Shown here: one piece after another, positions 9,365 through 20,117 of the stretch
How the letters are laid out: each line of letters starts with the position of its first letter
Position numbering within the stretch: the stretch's first letter is position 1
Source: Paracoccaceae bacterium
Lineage (GTDB): Bacteria; Pseudomonadota; Alphaproteobacteria; Rhodobacterales; Rhodobacteraceae
Direction: 5' to 3'
Assembly (NCBI GenBank): GCA_965221405.1
Contig: CBDCSE010000003.1
Location: 209,480 to 273,479 of the forward strand
Length of the DNA stretch: 64,000 nt
The notes under the pieces: generated by a model
The model's input: only the letters and a program-made list of their open reading frames with translations
Told to the model about the DNA's origin: nothing
The model's database searches: none
Position numbers and translations under genes: made by a program

Positions 9365-9709
9365 CGCCTTTGTGGGTTGCACGGCGTCCCCGCTCCGGCA
9401 TTCCAGAGATACGTTTCGCGAATTCCGGAGCGCTGTCCCGCCATTTCCGGATGCCGGCAGGCGACGGTCGGGAATGCCTTGGGGAACGGATTCACCGTGC
9501 CGGGAATCGTCACGACGGTAGCGCTTCAGGTGCCCGTGCCGATCGGGTGCCGGGTATGCGCCTGAGCCCGGCGTTTCGCTCACGGTCGCCATCCTGTCGG
9601 CGGCGAACACGTCATTGGGCGGGATCATCCGCGTGAATTCCGATTGACGCGAAATCGTGGCATGGGGTATTTTTCGGGGCAAGTGTTTTTTACGCCGGGG
9701 ATGGCTCGC

Positions 9710-10873
9710 ATGTTCGCCGCATCCATGAATTTCGATCTCGGCGAGGATGTAGGTGCGCTCCGCGAAACCGTGCAGCGCTGGGCGCAGGAACGCGTGAGGC
9801 CGCTTGCCGCCGAAATCGACCGAACGAACGCGTTTCCCGCGGAACTGTGGCGCGAGATGGGCCAGCTGGGGATTCTCGGAATAACGGTCGGAGAGGAGTT
9901 CGGCGGCGCCGGTATGGGATATCTTGCGCACACGGTGGCGGTGGAGGAGGTGGCGAGAGCCTCCGCGTCCGTTTCCCTGAGCTATGGTGCGCATTCCAAC
10001 CTCTGTGTCAACCAGATCAGTCTGAACGGAACGCCGGAACAGAGAGAGCGGTTTCTGCCCGGGCTGGTGTCGGGCGAGCGTGTCGGTGCGCTTGCGATGT
10101 CCGAAGCCGCTGCCGGTTCGGATATCGTATCGATGAATCTCAGGGCGGATAGAATGAATGACCATTACCGACTCAATGGTTCGAAATACTGGATCACGAA
10201 CGGCCCCGACGCAGACATTTACGTGGTTTACGCCAAAACCGATCCAGAGGCCGGATCCAGGGGCATCACCGCGTTTATAGTCGAACGGCCCGTGGCCGGA
10301 TTTTCAGCTGGGCCGCACTTTGACAAGCTCGGGATGCGTGGTTCCAATACGGGGGAACTCGTATTCGAGGACGTCGAGGTTCCATACGAGAACGTGCTCG
10401 GGCGGGATGGGTGCGGCGTTGCTGTGCTTATGTCGGGTCTGGATTACGAACGGGTCGTGCTTGCGGGTATCGGCACGGGCATTATGGCGGCCTGCATGGA
10501 TGAGGTGATGCCCTATCTCACCGAACGGAAACAGTTCGGCCAGCCGATCGGGAACTTTCAGTTGATGCAGGGTAAGGTCGCTGACATGTATACGGCGATG
10601 AATTCGGCGAGGGCGTATGTCTATGAGGTGGCGAAGGCCTGCGACCGTGGCGAGGTGACGCGCCAGGACGCCGCCGCATGCGTGCTGTATTCATCCGAAG
10701 CGGCGATGAAGCAGGCGCATCAGGCGGTGCAGGCAATGGGTGGGGCGGGATTCCTGAACGACGCTCCCGTCGCACGGATTTTCCGGGACGCGAAACTTAT
10801 GGAAATCGGGGCCGGCACCAGCGAGATCAGGCGAATGCTGATCGGCCGGGAACTTATGGCGACTTTAGCGTGA
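9710..10873 (+). CDS. ivd: isovaleryl-CoA dehydrogenase
   Basis: MFAASMNFDLGEDVGALRETV...GITVGEEFGGAGMGYLAHTVAVEEVARASASVSLSYGAHSNLCVNQI...YWITNGPDAD...EIGAGTSEIRRMLIGREL. Start chosen at an internal ATG (9710; 9725 is also possible). Confidence 0.9.
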   Translation: MFAASMNFDLGEDVGALRETVQRWAQERVRPLAAEIDRTNAFPAELWREMGQLGILGITVGEEFGGAGMGYLAHTVAVEEVARASASVSLSYGAHSNLCVNQISLNGTPEQRERFLPGLVSGERVGALAMSEAAAGSDIVSMNLRADRMNDHYRLNGSKYWITNGPDADIYVVYAKTDPEAGSRGITAFIVERPVAGFSAGPHFDKLGMRGSNTGELVFEDVEVPYENVLGRDGCGVAVLMSGLDYERVVLAGIGTGIMAACMDEVMPYLTERKQFGQPIGNFQLMQGKVADMYTAMNSARAYVYEVAKACDRGEVTRQDAAACVLYSSEAAMKQAHQAVQAMGGAGFLNDAPVARIFRDAKLMEIGAGTSEIRRMLIGRELMATLA

Positions 10874-11045
10874 CTTCCACGCCGCGCCGCAGGTCGATCG
10901 TAGGGCTTTCGTGTGATGCGGAACGGTGCCGCCGATGTCGGGCAGGCCGTCACGATCCGTCAGCGCACGTCAGCGGACGGCCACCCCTGCCGTTGGAATG
11001 CGGCCCGCTTCGCGGGTTGAAGTATGCAGCCTGTCGGTTCCGCGT

Positions 11046-12650
11046 ATGAGACTGGTTTCAAAATTCATCGCCGGTTCGGATGGGGCGGCGTCCAATCGCG
11101 CCGCGCATCTTGCGGCGCTGAAAGAGGTGACCGACGCCGCGGAACTTGCCGCCGCCGGTGGCGGCGCGGGTGCCCGCGACCGCCATGTCAGCCGTGGAAA
11201 GATGCTTCCCCGCGATCGGGTCGCGGGCCTTCTCGACGCTGGCGCTCCTTTTCTTGAGATCGGGGCGACCGCGGCGCATGGGCTTTACGGCGGTGCCGCC
11301 CCATGTGCCGGGGTCATCGCCGGTATCGGGCGCATCATGGGTCAGGAAGTTATGGTCGTCTGCAACGACGCGACGGTTAAGGGTGGCACCTATTACCCCA
11401 TGTCGGTCAAAAAACACCTCCGGGCGCAGGAAATCGCCACGGAATGCCATCTGCCGTGCGTCTATCTCGTGGATTCTGGCGGCGCCAATCTGCCGAACCA
11501 GGATGAGGTCTTCCCCGACCGGGACCATTTCGGGCGGATTTTCTACAATCAGGCGCGGATGAGCGCGAAGGGTATCGCACAGATCGCTGTGGTCATGGGC
11601 TCCTGCACCGCCGGTGGGGCCTATGTGCCGGCCATGTCGGACGTGACCATCATCGTCAAGGGACAGGGCACCATTTTCCTCGCTGGCCCGCCACTGGTCA
11701 AGGCTGCGACAGGAGAGACCGTTACGGCGGAGGAACTCGGTGGCGGTGATGTTCACACGCGCCTCTCGGGCGTTGCGGACTACCTGGCCGACGATGACGC
11801 CCACGCATTGGCGCTGGCGCGACGCGCAATCGGGTCGCTGAACCGCAGGTCCGCATCCCCGGTTTCCTGGGCAAGTCCGGAGGAGCCCGCACTCGACCCC
11901 GATGAGATCCTTGATCTGGTACCGGTGGATCTGCGCGTGCCATATGACATTCGTGAGGTGATAGGGCGGATCGTGGATGGATCGCGCCTTGATGAATTCA
12001 AGGCTCGTTTCGGAGTTACGCTGGTCTGTGGTTTCGCCCATGTCATGGGTTGCCCCGTGGGAATCGTCGCGAACAACGGAGTGCTGTTTTCCGATTCCGC
12101 CCAGAAGGGCGCACATTTCGTCGAACTCTGCAGCCAGCGTCGCGTTCCGCTGGTTTTCCTGCAGAACATCACCGGCTTCATGGTCGGACGGAGGTACGAG
12201 CATGAGGGTATCGCACGGCATGGAGCGAAACTCGTGACCGCCGTCGCAACGACGGAGGTTCCGAAGATCACCATGCTGGTGGGCGGTTCTTTCGGAGCCG
12301 GAAATTACGGAATGGCCGGAAGGGCCTACCAGCCGAGGTTTCTCTGGACGTGGCCGATTTCGCGTATCGCGGTTATGGGTGGAGTTCAGGCGGCAAACGT
12401 GCTGGCGACGGTGAAGCGGGAGTCGACGGAACGCGCCGGAGGGACCTGGTCATCTGACGAGGAGGAGGAATTCAAGCGTCCGACGCTAGAGATGTTCGAG
12501 CGGCAGTCGCACCCGCTCTACGCTTCGTCGCGACTCTGGGATGATGGAATAGTCGATCCGCGCCGATCGCGGGAAGTCCTCGCGCTCAGCCTGCGGGCGG
12601 CTCTGAACGCGCCGGTCGGGGAGACGAGGTTCGGTGTATTCAGGATGTGA
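11046..12650 (+). CDS. methylcrotonyl-CoA carboxylase, carboxyltransferase (beta) subunit
   Basis: 534 aa from [11 protein letters not shown]...; acyl-CoA carboxyltransferase pattern (...[28 protein letters not shown]...[15 protein letters not shown]...). Located directly after ivd. Confidence 0.9.
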   Translation: MRLVSKFIAGSDGAASNRAAHLAALKEVTDAAELAAAGGGAGARDRHVSRGKMLPRDRVAGLLDAGAPFLEIGATAAHGLYGGAAPCAGVIAGIGRIMGQEVMVVCNDATVKGGTYYPMSVKKHLRAQEIATECHLPCVYLVDSGGANLPNQDEVFPDRDHFGRIFYNQARMSAKGIAQIAVVMGSCTAGGAYVPAMSDVTIIVKGQGTIFLAGPPLVKAATGETVTAEELGGGDVHTRLSGVADYLADDDAHALALARRAIGSLNRRSASPVSWASPEEPALDPDEILDLVPVDLRVPYDIREVIGRIVDGSRLDEFKARFGVTLVCGFAHVMGCPVGIVANNGVLFSDSAQKGAHFVELCSQRRVPLVFLQNITGFMVGRRYEHEGIARHGAKLVTAVATTEVPKITMLVGGSFGAGNYGMAGRAYQPRFLWTWPISRIAVMGGVQAANVLATVKRESTERAGGTWSSDEEEEFKRPTLEMFERQSHPLYASSRLWDDGIVDPRRSREVLALSLRAALNAPVGETRFGVFRM

Positions 12651-12949
12651 TCTTCAGTCCGGGTCGGCGTGCGGAGTGGCTTCGATGGCCGAAGCGTCAT
12701 GCCTTCCGGGTTCCGGAGGGCGCATTCTCGCGGCTCCGGCATGACGCGTTTCGCACCTGGACCGCCTGGGCGAAGATGGAACGCAGGGAACCGTAGGCAA
12801 CCGGGAGAAATGGGTGGAGCGAACACGTCGGCTGGCAATCCCGTGGAGTGGCCCGACTCCCCGCCGCCTTTCAGGGGTTCCGGAGGCCACCCGATGCCAT
12901 ACGGTCGGAGCTGGATATGTCAGGAAACAGTCACAGGAATGGACCCGTA

Positions 12950-14893
12950 ATGATCCATCGGCTTCTGGTCGCCAACAGGGGTGAAATCGCCTGCCGGATC
13001 ATAGAGACGGCCCGTCGCATGGGAATCTGGACGGTTGCGGTGAATTCCGAGGCCGACAGAAGCGCACGGCATGCCGCTATGGCTGACATGGCTGTCCATA
13101 TTGGCCCTTCGCCGCCTTCACGCAGCTATCTCAATGGCGCGGCGATCATTGACGCGGCGATACGGACCGGGTGCGGGGCGATCCATCCCGGATATGGTTT
13201 CCTGAGCGAGAATCCCGAATTCGCGGAAGCGGTCGGTAAGGCCGGGCTTACCTTTATCGGACCTCCGGCGAGCGCGATCCGCGCCATGGGCCTCAAGGAC
13301 AGGGCGAAGGCGCTGATGGAGCGCGCGGGCGTGCCGGTGGTTCCCGGCTATCACGGTGAGAATCAGGAGGACGGGCATCTCGCCGCCGTCGCGGGTGATC
13401 TGGGCTATCCGGTTCTGATCAAGGCGGTCGCGGGTGGTGGTGGTAAAGGAATGCGCAGGGTCGATCACCCCAGAGACTTTGCGGATGCATTGGCATCGGC
13501 CCGCGCCGAAGCGGAGGGCGCGTTTGGCAACGATGCGGTGCTGGTTGAGAGATTTTTGCGGAAGCCACGTCACATCGAGGTGCAGGTTTTTGGCGACGGC
13601 GAGCGGGTTGTGCATCTTTACGAACGAGACTGCTCAATTCAACGTCGGCACCAGAAGGTGATCGAGGAGGCGCCGGCACCTGGAATGACCGATGAAATGC
13701 GTGCCGTCATGTGTGCGGCGGCGGTGCGTGCGGCGGAGGCGATCGGATATGTCGGCGCCGGAACGGTGGAGTTCATCGCCGAGAGCGATCCGGAATTGCG
13801 CGCCGACCGGTTCTACTTCATGGAGATGAACACACGGCTTCAGGTTGAGCACCCGATTACCGAAGCAGTCACGGGCATCGATCTGGTGGAATGGCAGATC
13901 CGCGTCGCCAGTGGATCTCCACTGCCGATGTCGCAGGATGACATTCACTGCCGCGGCCACTCGGTCGAGGCCCGGATCTACGCCGAGGACGTGACGAAGG
14001 GATTTCTGCCCGCCACCGGGACTCTGGCGCATCTCGCCTTCCCGTCGGACGTAAGGGTTGATAGCGGCGTTCGCGCCGGAGACAGCATCAGCCATCATTA
14101 CGACCCGCTAGTCGCCAAGATTGTCACCCGCGGCGGAACCCACGACGAGGCGTTGTCCCGGATGGATCGGGCGATTTCAATGACGGAGGTCGCGGGTCTT
14201 GTCACCAATCAGGATTTTCTTCTGAACGCGGTTCGCAGGTTGCGGTATACGGGAAGTGCGGTGGACACCGGTTTCATCGATCGTGAGATTGAAGTGCTTG
14301 GGAAGCCGCCAGTTCCGGAGCCGCACCATCGGGCACTTGCGGCGATAGTCGCTTTGGGACTCGACCGTGTCGACGACCCGCTCGCGGGGTTCTCGCTCTG
14401 GACGCCGGTCGAGCATGCCGTGAGGCTTGGATGGAATGGCGTGGAAAGCACCGCACGCGTCAGGCTTCGGGCCGCCCGGCGGTTCGATGTAACCGTCGGC
14501 GACACCGGATATGCCATTGCGTGGCGGGATGGCGCGTGGTGGATCAACGATATCAAGTCAACGGCACGGTGCGTGCGCCATCATGGTGAAGTCAGCGTTT
14601 TCCAGGACGGCGGCCATCACTTCCATCTGCCGGATCCGCTTGCCGTGGCGGGCGATCCGGATGTGTCCGGGGATGTGGTGGAAGCCCCGATGCCCGGGCA
14701 GGTCAAAGCGGTGTTTGTCACCGACGGTGACCGGGTGTTCCAAGGTGACCGTCTAGCGCTGATGGAAGCCATGAAGATGGAGCATACACTTGTCGCGGCC
14801 CGCGACGGAGTCGTATCGGAGGTTTCCGTCGCTCCCGGGGTCCAGGTGGACGCAGGCACGGTTCTCATCGTGATGGAAGGGTTGGAGACATGA
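12950..14893 (+). CDS. methylcrotonyl-CoA carboxylase, biotin carboxylase/BCCP (alpha) subunit
   Basis: MIHRLLVANRGEIACRIIETARRMG..., an ATP-grasp core, and a C-terminal biotinyl motif LMEAMKMEH. Confidence 0.9.
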   Translation: MIHRLLVANRGEIACRIIETARRMGIWTVAVNSEADRSARHAAMADMAVHIGPSPPSRSYLNGAAIIDAAIRTGCGAIHPGYGFLSENPEFAEAVGKAGLTFIGPPASAIRAMGLKDRAKALMERAGVPVVPGYHGENQEDGHLAAVAGDLGYPVLIKAVAGGGGKGMRRVDHPRDFADALASARAEAEGAFGNDAVLVERFLRKPRHIEVQVFGDGERVVHLYERDCSIQRRHQKVIEEAPAPGMTDEMRAVMCAAAVRAAEAIGYVGAGTVEFIAESDPELRADRFYFMEMNTRLQVEHPITEAVTGIDLVEWQIRVASGSPLPMSQDDIHCRGHSVEARIYAEDVTKGFLPATGTLAHLAFPSDVRVDSGVRAGDSISHHYDPLVAKIVTRGGTHDEALSRMDRAISMTEVAGLVTNQDFLLNAVRRLRYTGSAVDTGFIDREIEVLGKPPVPEPHHRALAAIVALGLDRVDDPLAGFSLWTPVEHAVRLGWNGVESTARVRLRAARRFDVTVGDTGYAIAWRDGAWWINDIKSTARCVRHHGEVSVFQDGGHHFHLPDPLAVAGDPDVSGDVVEAPMPGQVKAVFVTDGDRVFQGDRLALMEAMKMEHTLVAARDGVVSEVSVAPGVQVDAGTVLIVMEGLET

Positions 14894-15546
14894 TCGTTCT
14901 GCATCACTGTCCCCAAACACGTTCGATGCGTTCCCTATGGCTTTTGAGGGAGATCGGTGTTGACTGCGTGGTGGTGGAGCGGCCGTTGGATCGATCCCTC
15001 CGTTCCCCGGAGTATCTCGCGATCAATCCGATCGGGCGCGTTCCGGCCCTTGAGATTGACGGACGGGTTCTCTGGGAGTCCGGCGCGATTACGGAATATC
15101 TCTGCGAGCGCTTTCCGGCCTCTGGGCTTGGGCGCGCGCCGGGCGACACGGAACGCGCCGAATGGCTGGTCTGGATTCACTTCGCGGAAACCCTGACACA
15201 GCATGGTGCCGCGCTGACGCAGCAGCATCTGATCCTTTACGAGGACTCCATGCGCTCACCGATTCTTATGAAACTCGAGCCGAGGCGGCTGGAAAAGTGT
15301 TATGCCGCCATCGAAAAACGTTTGGAGGGACGTGTGTATCTTCTTGACAGGGGTTTCTCTGCGGCGGACATCTCCGTTGGCCAGGCGCTCTACATGACGC
15401 GGCATTTCGCGAGGTTGGAGCCCTTCGAGCAGGTCGCCGCCTGGTATGGACGGATCACCGCCCGTCAGGCGTTTCAGGCGTCATTGCCCGCCGCGGGATC
15501 GTCCCTACTTTATCAAAACGACTTTTACGGCCCTCCTGACGGTTAA
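14890..15546 (+). CDS. glutathione S-transferase family protein
   Basis: 218 aa. Thioredoxin-like N-domain with ...INPIGRVPALEIDGRVLWESGAITEYL. ATGA overlap with the upstream carboxylase stop. Confidence 0.8.
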   Translation: MIVLHHCPQTRSMRSLWLLREIGVDCVVVERPLDRSLRSPEYLAINPIGRVPALEIDGRVLWESGAITEYLCERFPASGLGRAPGDTERAEWLVWIHFAETLTQHGAALTQQHLILYEDSMRSPILMKLEPRRLEKCYAAIEKRLEGRVYLLDRGFSAADISVGQALYMTRHFARLEPFEQVAAWYGRITARQAFQASLPAAGSSLLYQNDFYGPPDG

Positions 15547-15597
15547 GGAAGCGGGTCAGGCCGGAGTCCCGGGAGGTCGGAACTGGGAGAGCGATGG

Positions 15598-16458
15598 TTG
15601 TCCGAAGCTGTCGAGATATTCGAGGTTGGTCCACGTGACGGACTGCAGAACGAACCGATTATGATACCTGTGCGGAGGAAGATCGAACTGGTCGATTGCC
15701 TGAGCCGTGCCGGATTCCGCCGCATAGAGGTCGCGTCGTTCGTCTCGCCGAAGTGGGTTCCGCAGATGGCCGATGGCGCGGAGGTACTGGCTGGAATCAG
15801 CAGGGCTGCAGGCGTCTCCTATGCTGCGCTCGTTCCCAACATGAAAGGCCTGGAGCGCGCGTTTGCGGCGGGCGCGGACGAGATCGCGGTTTTCGGGTCG
15901 GCGTCGGAAGGGTTCTCGCGGGCGAACACCAACAGATCGGTCGCGCGGAGCCTGACGGAGTTCCGGCCGGTTGTTTCCGCGTCGCTGGCGCGGGGCATTC
16001 CGGTACGCGGCTATGTTTCCTGCGCCGTTGAATGTCCCTATGACGGCCCCATCTCTCCTGAACGGGTGGCCGAAGTGGCCGAGTCGCTGATGGAAATGGG
16101 CTGTTACGAGGTCTCACTGGGAGACACGACCGGCCGGGGAAGGCCCGGAACGGTCGGTGCGATGCTCGACGCGGTGCTGGACCGGATACCGGTGAGACGT
16201 GTGGCGGGTCATTTCCACGATACCGGCGGTCAGGCACTGGACAATGTGGAGGCCGCTCTCGCGAAGGGCATCCGGAAATTCGATGCGGCTGTCGGGGGTC
16301 TTGGTGGCTGTCCTTACGCGCCCGGCGCCATGGGCAATGTCGCGACCGAGGCGGTCGCCGGTCGACTTGATGAGTTGGGGTTCGAAACGGGTCTTGACCT
16401 GAAGCGGCTGAATGAGAGTCTGTCGATAGTCGATACGATGCGGTGTGAGCATGTTTGA
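15598..16458 (+). CDS. hydroxymethylglutaryl-CoA lyase
   Basis: VEIFEVGPRDGLQNEP...SFVSPKWVPQMAD...GHFHDTGGQALDN...GLGGCPYAPGAMGNVATE. TTG start, 7 nt after GGGAGA. Confidence 0.88.
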   Translation: MSEAVEIFEVGPRDGLQNEPIMIPVRRKIELVDCLSRAGFRRIEVASFVSPKWVPQMADGAEVLAGISRAAGVSYAALVPNMKGLERAFAAGADEIAVFGSASEGFSRANTNRSVARSLTEFRPVVSASLARGIPVRGYVSCAVECPYDGPISPERVAEVAESLMEMGCYEVSLGDTTGRGRPGTVGAMLDAVLDRIPVRRVAGHFHDTGGQALDNVEAALAKGIRKFDAAVGGLGGCPYAPGAMGNVATEAVAGRLDELGFETGLDLKRLNESLSIVDTMRCEHV

Positions 16459-17233
16459 GACGCTGGATGTCAGAACCGATCCGCGCGGTGTCGCTATCCT
16501 GACGCTGGATCGGCCCGCTCAACACAATGCGCTGAATGCCGCAATGATACAGGAACTCACACGGGCCGCGAAAGTCCTGGGAGAGGATGAAGCCGTGCGT
16601 GTGGTGATTCTGACCGGAACGGGTCGGTCATTCTGCGCTGGCGGCGATCTTGGCTGGATGAGGCAACAGATGGAAGGCGACCGAAAATCCCGTGCGGTGG
16701 AGGCGCGCGGACTGGCCGAGATGCTGCTGGCGCTGAATGCGCTCCGGAAGCCTCTGATCGGCCGGTTGCAGGGATCGGCTTTCGGTGGTGGTGTGGGTAT
16801 GGCATGTGTCTGCGATGTCGCGATCGGTATTCTTGGCTCCAAGTATGGACTTACGGAAACACGTTTGGGTCTGGTTCCGGCTACGGTTGGGCCCTATGTG
16901 ATTGCCCGAATGGGGGAGGCGAAGGCGCGCCGGGTGTTCATGTCGGGTCGGGTGTTCGGGGCGGAGGAGGCGGTGACGCTGGGGGTGTTGGCGAAGGCGG
17001 TCCGTGCCGATGATCTTGACCTGGCGGTCGAGGAGGAGGTGGTGCCGTATCTGGGTGCGGCGCCTGGTGCAGTGGCTGAAGCCAAGGCGCTTTTGGGGCG
17101 GTTGGGGCCAATCGTTGATGGCGCGGTCATTGAGGATACCGCCGCCACATTGGTGGGAAGATGGGAGGAAGAGGAGGCACGGGAAGGTATACGGGCTTTT
17201 TTCGAGAAAAGGAAACCGGCTTGGACGAGTTAA
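16445..17233 (+). CDS. enoyl-CoA hydratase/isomerase family protein (methylglutaconyl-CoA hydratase by context)
   Basis: 262-aa crotonase fold: ...LTGTGRSFCAGGDLGWM...GSAFGGGVGMACVCD.... Last gene of the leucine-catabolic cluster. Confidence 0.82.
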   Translation: MSMFETLDVRTDPRGVAILTLDRPAQHNALNAAMIQELTRAAKVLGEDEAVRVVILTGTGRSFCAGGDLGWMRQQMEGDRKSRAVEARGLAEMLLALNALRKPLIGRLQGSAFGGGVGMACVCDVAIGILGSKYGLTETRLGLVPATVGPYVIARMGEAKARRVFMSGRVFGAEEAVTLGVLAKAVRADDLDLAVEEEVVPYLGAAPGAVAEAKALLGRLGPIVDGAVIEDTAATLVGRWEEEEAREGIRAFFEKRKPAWTS

Positions 17234-17711
17234 GTCGGGCCTGCATTGATGCTGACCCTCCGCGGCGAGGAATGGTTCCGCGGCGCCCGGGCGGCCGGAT
17301 AACTTGATCCGGGCTGCACCTGCCTGCCTTCCAGAGACCACATTGGCATTCGGTAAGGGATGTTGGACTGGCTTCCGAATGTCGTATTGGCTTGCTGCGG
17401 CATCGGGATGCGATGCGCATTGGTTAGGGATTGGTTGACAGCGGATCCCGCCGTCTGGCGGTTCGATGAGGTATGGGTGGACATGGTTCGCGTGCCGGAA
17501 AGGGGAACGGTTTTCAGAACACGGCAGACACAAACCGCGCTTGAAGCCAGCCTCGATCCTGATCGGTCCCGGCTCTGAAATTCAAGGGGTCCCGGGCAGT
17601 ACAGACATCTGGATCGATACCGGGGAACTGACCGGGTTCCGCCAAAAACCGGGGATGATGTTCGGATGACGGAATCGCTTTGAACCACCTCCACCTTTCC
17701 TGTTTCATACC

Positions 17712-17803
17712 AATATTCGGCCAGTTGGGCCATGGGAGGTGGTTCGCGGCGCAGCGCCGGTAAAATATGGGATCGAAGCCAACGGCCGCTTTTCAGATGC
17801 CTC
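17712..17803. repeat. 92-bp direct repeat, left copy (target duplication of the IS at 17804-19763)
   Basis: AATATTCGGCCAGTTGGGCCATGGGAGG...TTTCAGATGCCTC is identical to 19764-19855. It abuts the IS terminus. Confidence 0.85.
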
Positions 17804-19763
17804 TCGACTTCCTACATTTTCGGCTGTAAGTCATTGATTTTCGGCGGCCCGGATTTCGAATGGGCACTACATCGCGGGACGTTCCCGCGTTCATTGCCGC
17901 CGGTTTCGGGGCTCTGTCACCCGCCTGCCCGCCGGGCTGCGGTCTTTCGCGTCGGCTGGAGCCGGAACGGGGCTTCGTTCCATCCGAGGCCGAGGCTCCG
18001 GTAGATCCGCCGGGCCTTGGCCGAGGCCCGGCTGGGCATGGCGTATTTCTGTTCCGTGCCCTTTCTGTGCAGCACGCTGATCTGCAGGGCGTTGAGCTCG
18101 CGCCGGATGACGTCCGGGCTCATGGGGTGGCCGGACAGCGCGAGCCTGTGGCGGAGGTGCTGCAGGCAGCAGAACGCCATGTAGCAGATGGCGATGTGGG
18201 CGCGCACCCGGCGTTTCACCCAGTGGAAGACCGGGCGGATGCGGAGATCGTGCTTGTTCACGCGGAAACACGCCTCGATCTCCCATAACCGGCGGTACTG
18301 CATGACGAGGAAGCGGGCGTCGGCGTCATCGTGGCCCCAGGCCACGATCCCGCCTATCCCGTCCCACCGCGCCGCTTCGGCGACCTTGTCCCCGTCGATC
18401 TCGATCCGGCCCTCGGGGAAGGCGAGGAAACGGGCGTACCCGCGCCCGGCGACCGACGCGGGCCTGTCGCTCCCGGCGAGACGCCTGCGCAGCCGCTCCA
18501 GGCCCTGCGCGCGCTGGCGCGCGTCCTTGCGCGCGCGTTTGGGCGACCAGGTGACGATGACCCTGGTCGAGCCCTTCCTGAGGCTCTTGTAGCGCGCGAT
18601 CGAGGTCGGGAACTCCTTCATCGGCCGCCACGCCACGAAGCCGTCGGGCTCGAGCGCCCGGTTCCGGAACTCCGCGGTCTGGGACCTGAGCCGGGCACCG
18701 AGAATGTACGGGATGCCGCGTTCCTGAAGCAGCCTCTCGTTGTCGGCGCTGATCATGCCGGCGTCGGCCACCACCGTGAAGCGCGCGGCGGGGTAGCGTT
18801 CGGCCAGCCCCGCGAGAGAGGAGATCAGGGTGTGGCCCTCGTAGCTGCTGCCCGGGAACAGCTCGTAGCCCAGCGGGATGCCGTCGGGGGTGACCAGAAG
18901 GGCGAATACGACCTGGACGCGGTGGTGCTTGCCGTCCTTGCTGTAGCCCTTGGCGCGCAGGCCGTCCTCCACCTCGCTCTCGAAATACAGCGTCGTGGTG
19001 TCGAAGAAGATGACGCTGACGGGCTCGTCATAGAGCTTGCGGGCCGCCGCGTGGGACTGGCCGCGGATGGCGTCGATCAGGCCGTCGTCGAGAAAGTCCA
19101 TGGTCCTGTAGACCTGGTCGAGGTTCAGCGACAGATCGCCATGGCGGTCGAGCTCGCGGACCGTGGCGCGCTTGCTGAGCGGCTGCGCGACGCGCGCGAG
19201 GACCATCTCCTTGAGGATGCGGTTGGAGCTCATGCGCCGCGCGCCCAGCACCCGATCCCACCCCAGGCGTCCGTAAACCTCGCCAAGCGCCTCGCGCAGC
19301 CCGACCGAGATCCGCGCCTCCTCGCGGCATTCGGCCAGGTCGACCCCGAAGGGCCGCGGATCCGCCACCGCCAGACGGGCCTGGGCGATGAGATCGCTGT
19401 ACTGCTTCGGCGTCAGCAGGTGAAGCTGGGCCGTCTCCGCCTGCCTCATCTCCTCGATGATCAGCCGCCCGAGGCGGTCGAGCTGGCTGAGCTGCCCGTC
19501 GCTCGTCGCGGTGCCGACATGGCGCACGACCCTCTGGCGCACCCTGTCGCCGTCGCGCACCGACCTGACGACCTGGACGCGGATTCGGTCTCCGCTCTTT
19601 TTGTGGCGAACGAACATGCCGGAAGTATGGACCGGACGGGCCGGAGGGTCAAGCGGAATATACCCCGTGGGCACTACATCGCCGTCCCGGGGAATCGAGA
19701 CCCAATGGACCACAAATACAGTCAGTTACGCACCGCCAGAATCCGGCAATGTAGGAAGTCAAG
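17804..19763 (-). mobile_element. IS1634-family insertion sequence, type A (1960 bp)
   Basis: Termini (T)CGACTTCCTACATT / AATGTAGGAAGTCAAG are inverted. It holds a single large DDE transposase gene and is flanked by a perfect 92-bp direct repeat. Confidence 0.85.
17917..19617 (-). CDS. IS1634-family (IS4-like DDE) transposase
   Basis: 566 aa from MFVRHKKSGDRIRVQVVRSVRDGDRVRQRVVRHVGTA...FFDTTTLYFES...KGYSKDGKHHRVQVVFALLVTPDGIPLGYELFPG...VADAGMIS.... Roughly 60% identical by eye to the 576-aa copies at 32233 and 43338. Confidence 0.88.
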   Translation of the reverse strand: MFVRHKKSGDRIRVQVVRSVRDGDRVRQRVVRHVGTATSDGQLSQLDRLGRLIIEEMRQAETAQLHLLTPKQYSDLIAQARLAVADPRPFGVDLAECREEARISVGLREALGEVYGRLGWDRVLGARRMSSNRILKEMVLARVAQPLSKRATVRELDRHGDLSLNLDQVYRTMDFLDDGLIDAIRGQSHAAARKLYDEPVSVIFFDTTTLYFESEVEDGLRAKGYSKDGKHHRVQVVFALLVTPDGIPLGYELFPGSSYEGHTLISSLAGLAERYPAARFTVVADAGMISADNERLLQERGIPYILGARLRSQTAEFRNRALEPDGFVAWRPMKEFPTSIARYKSLRKGSTRVIVTWSPKRARKDARQRAQGLERLRRRLAGSDRPASVAGRGYARFLAFPEGRIEIDGDKVAEAARWDGIGGIVAWGHDDADARFLVMQYRRLWEIEACFRVNKHDLRIRPVFHWVKRRVRAHIAICYMAFCCLQHLRHRLALSGHPMSPDVIRRELNALQISVLHRKGTEQKYAMPSRASAKARRIYRSLGLGWNEAPFRLQPTRKTAARRAGG

Positions 19764-19855
19764 AATATTCGGCCAGTTGGGCCATGGGAGGTGGTTCGCG
19801 GCGCAGCGCCGGTAAAATATGGGATCGAAGCCAACGGCCGCTTTTCAGATGCCTC
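19764..19855. repeat. 92-bp direct repeat, right copy
   Basis: Identical to 17712-17803. Confidence 0.85.
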
Positions 19856-20117
19856 CGGGAGCAATCCACGGGAAACAGACGAGTCTGTCTGGGGACGCCG
19901 TGAGAGCCGCAAGGCACTCGCAGATCTCGATGTGCGGGTTAACTGCGGCGGGCAGCGTTCCCAGCGGGCGGATCCGCGACGCGTCGGGAGAGGTGCCCGC
20001 CGTGAAGGTCGCCGCACCGGTCGCGAACCGCGTTGGGCGCGTGGCGGGAAATGGCTGGACCCGTGCGGCGGAACGGTGTAGGACGCTCCTGACGGAGACG
20101 GAAAGGGAACCGGACCC

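Noticed and set aside
9272-12221. Minus-strand ORFs 9272-10165 and 11058-12221, overlapping ivd and the carboxyltransferase gene
   Set aside because: No recognisable motifs, and they overlap strongly supported plus-strand genes. Treated as shadow ORFs.
17234-17711. Lower-GC (about 53%) segment between the enoyl-CoA hydratase gene and the IS, with several 60-170-codon ORFs
   Set aside because: None of the translations shows a recognisable motif or a convincing start. Left unannotated; it may be a gene relic disrupted by the IS insertion.
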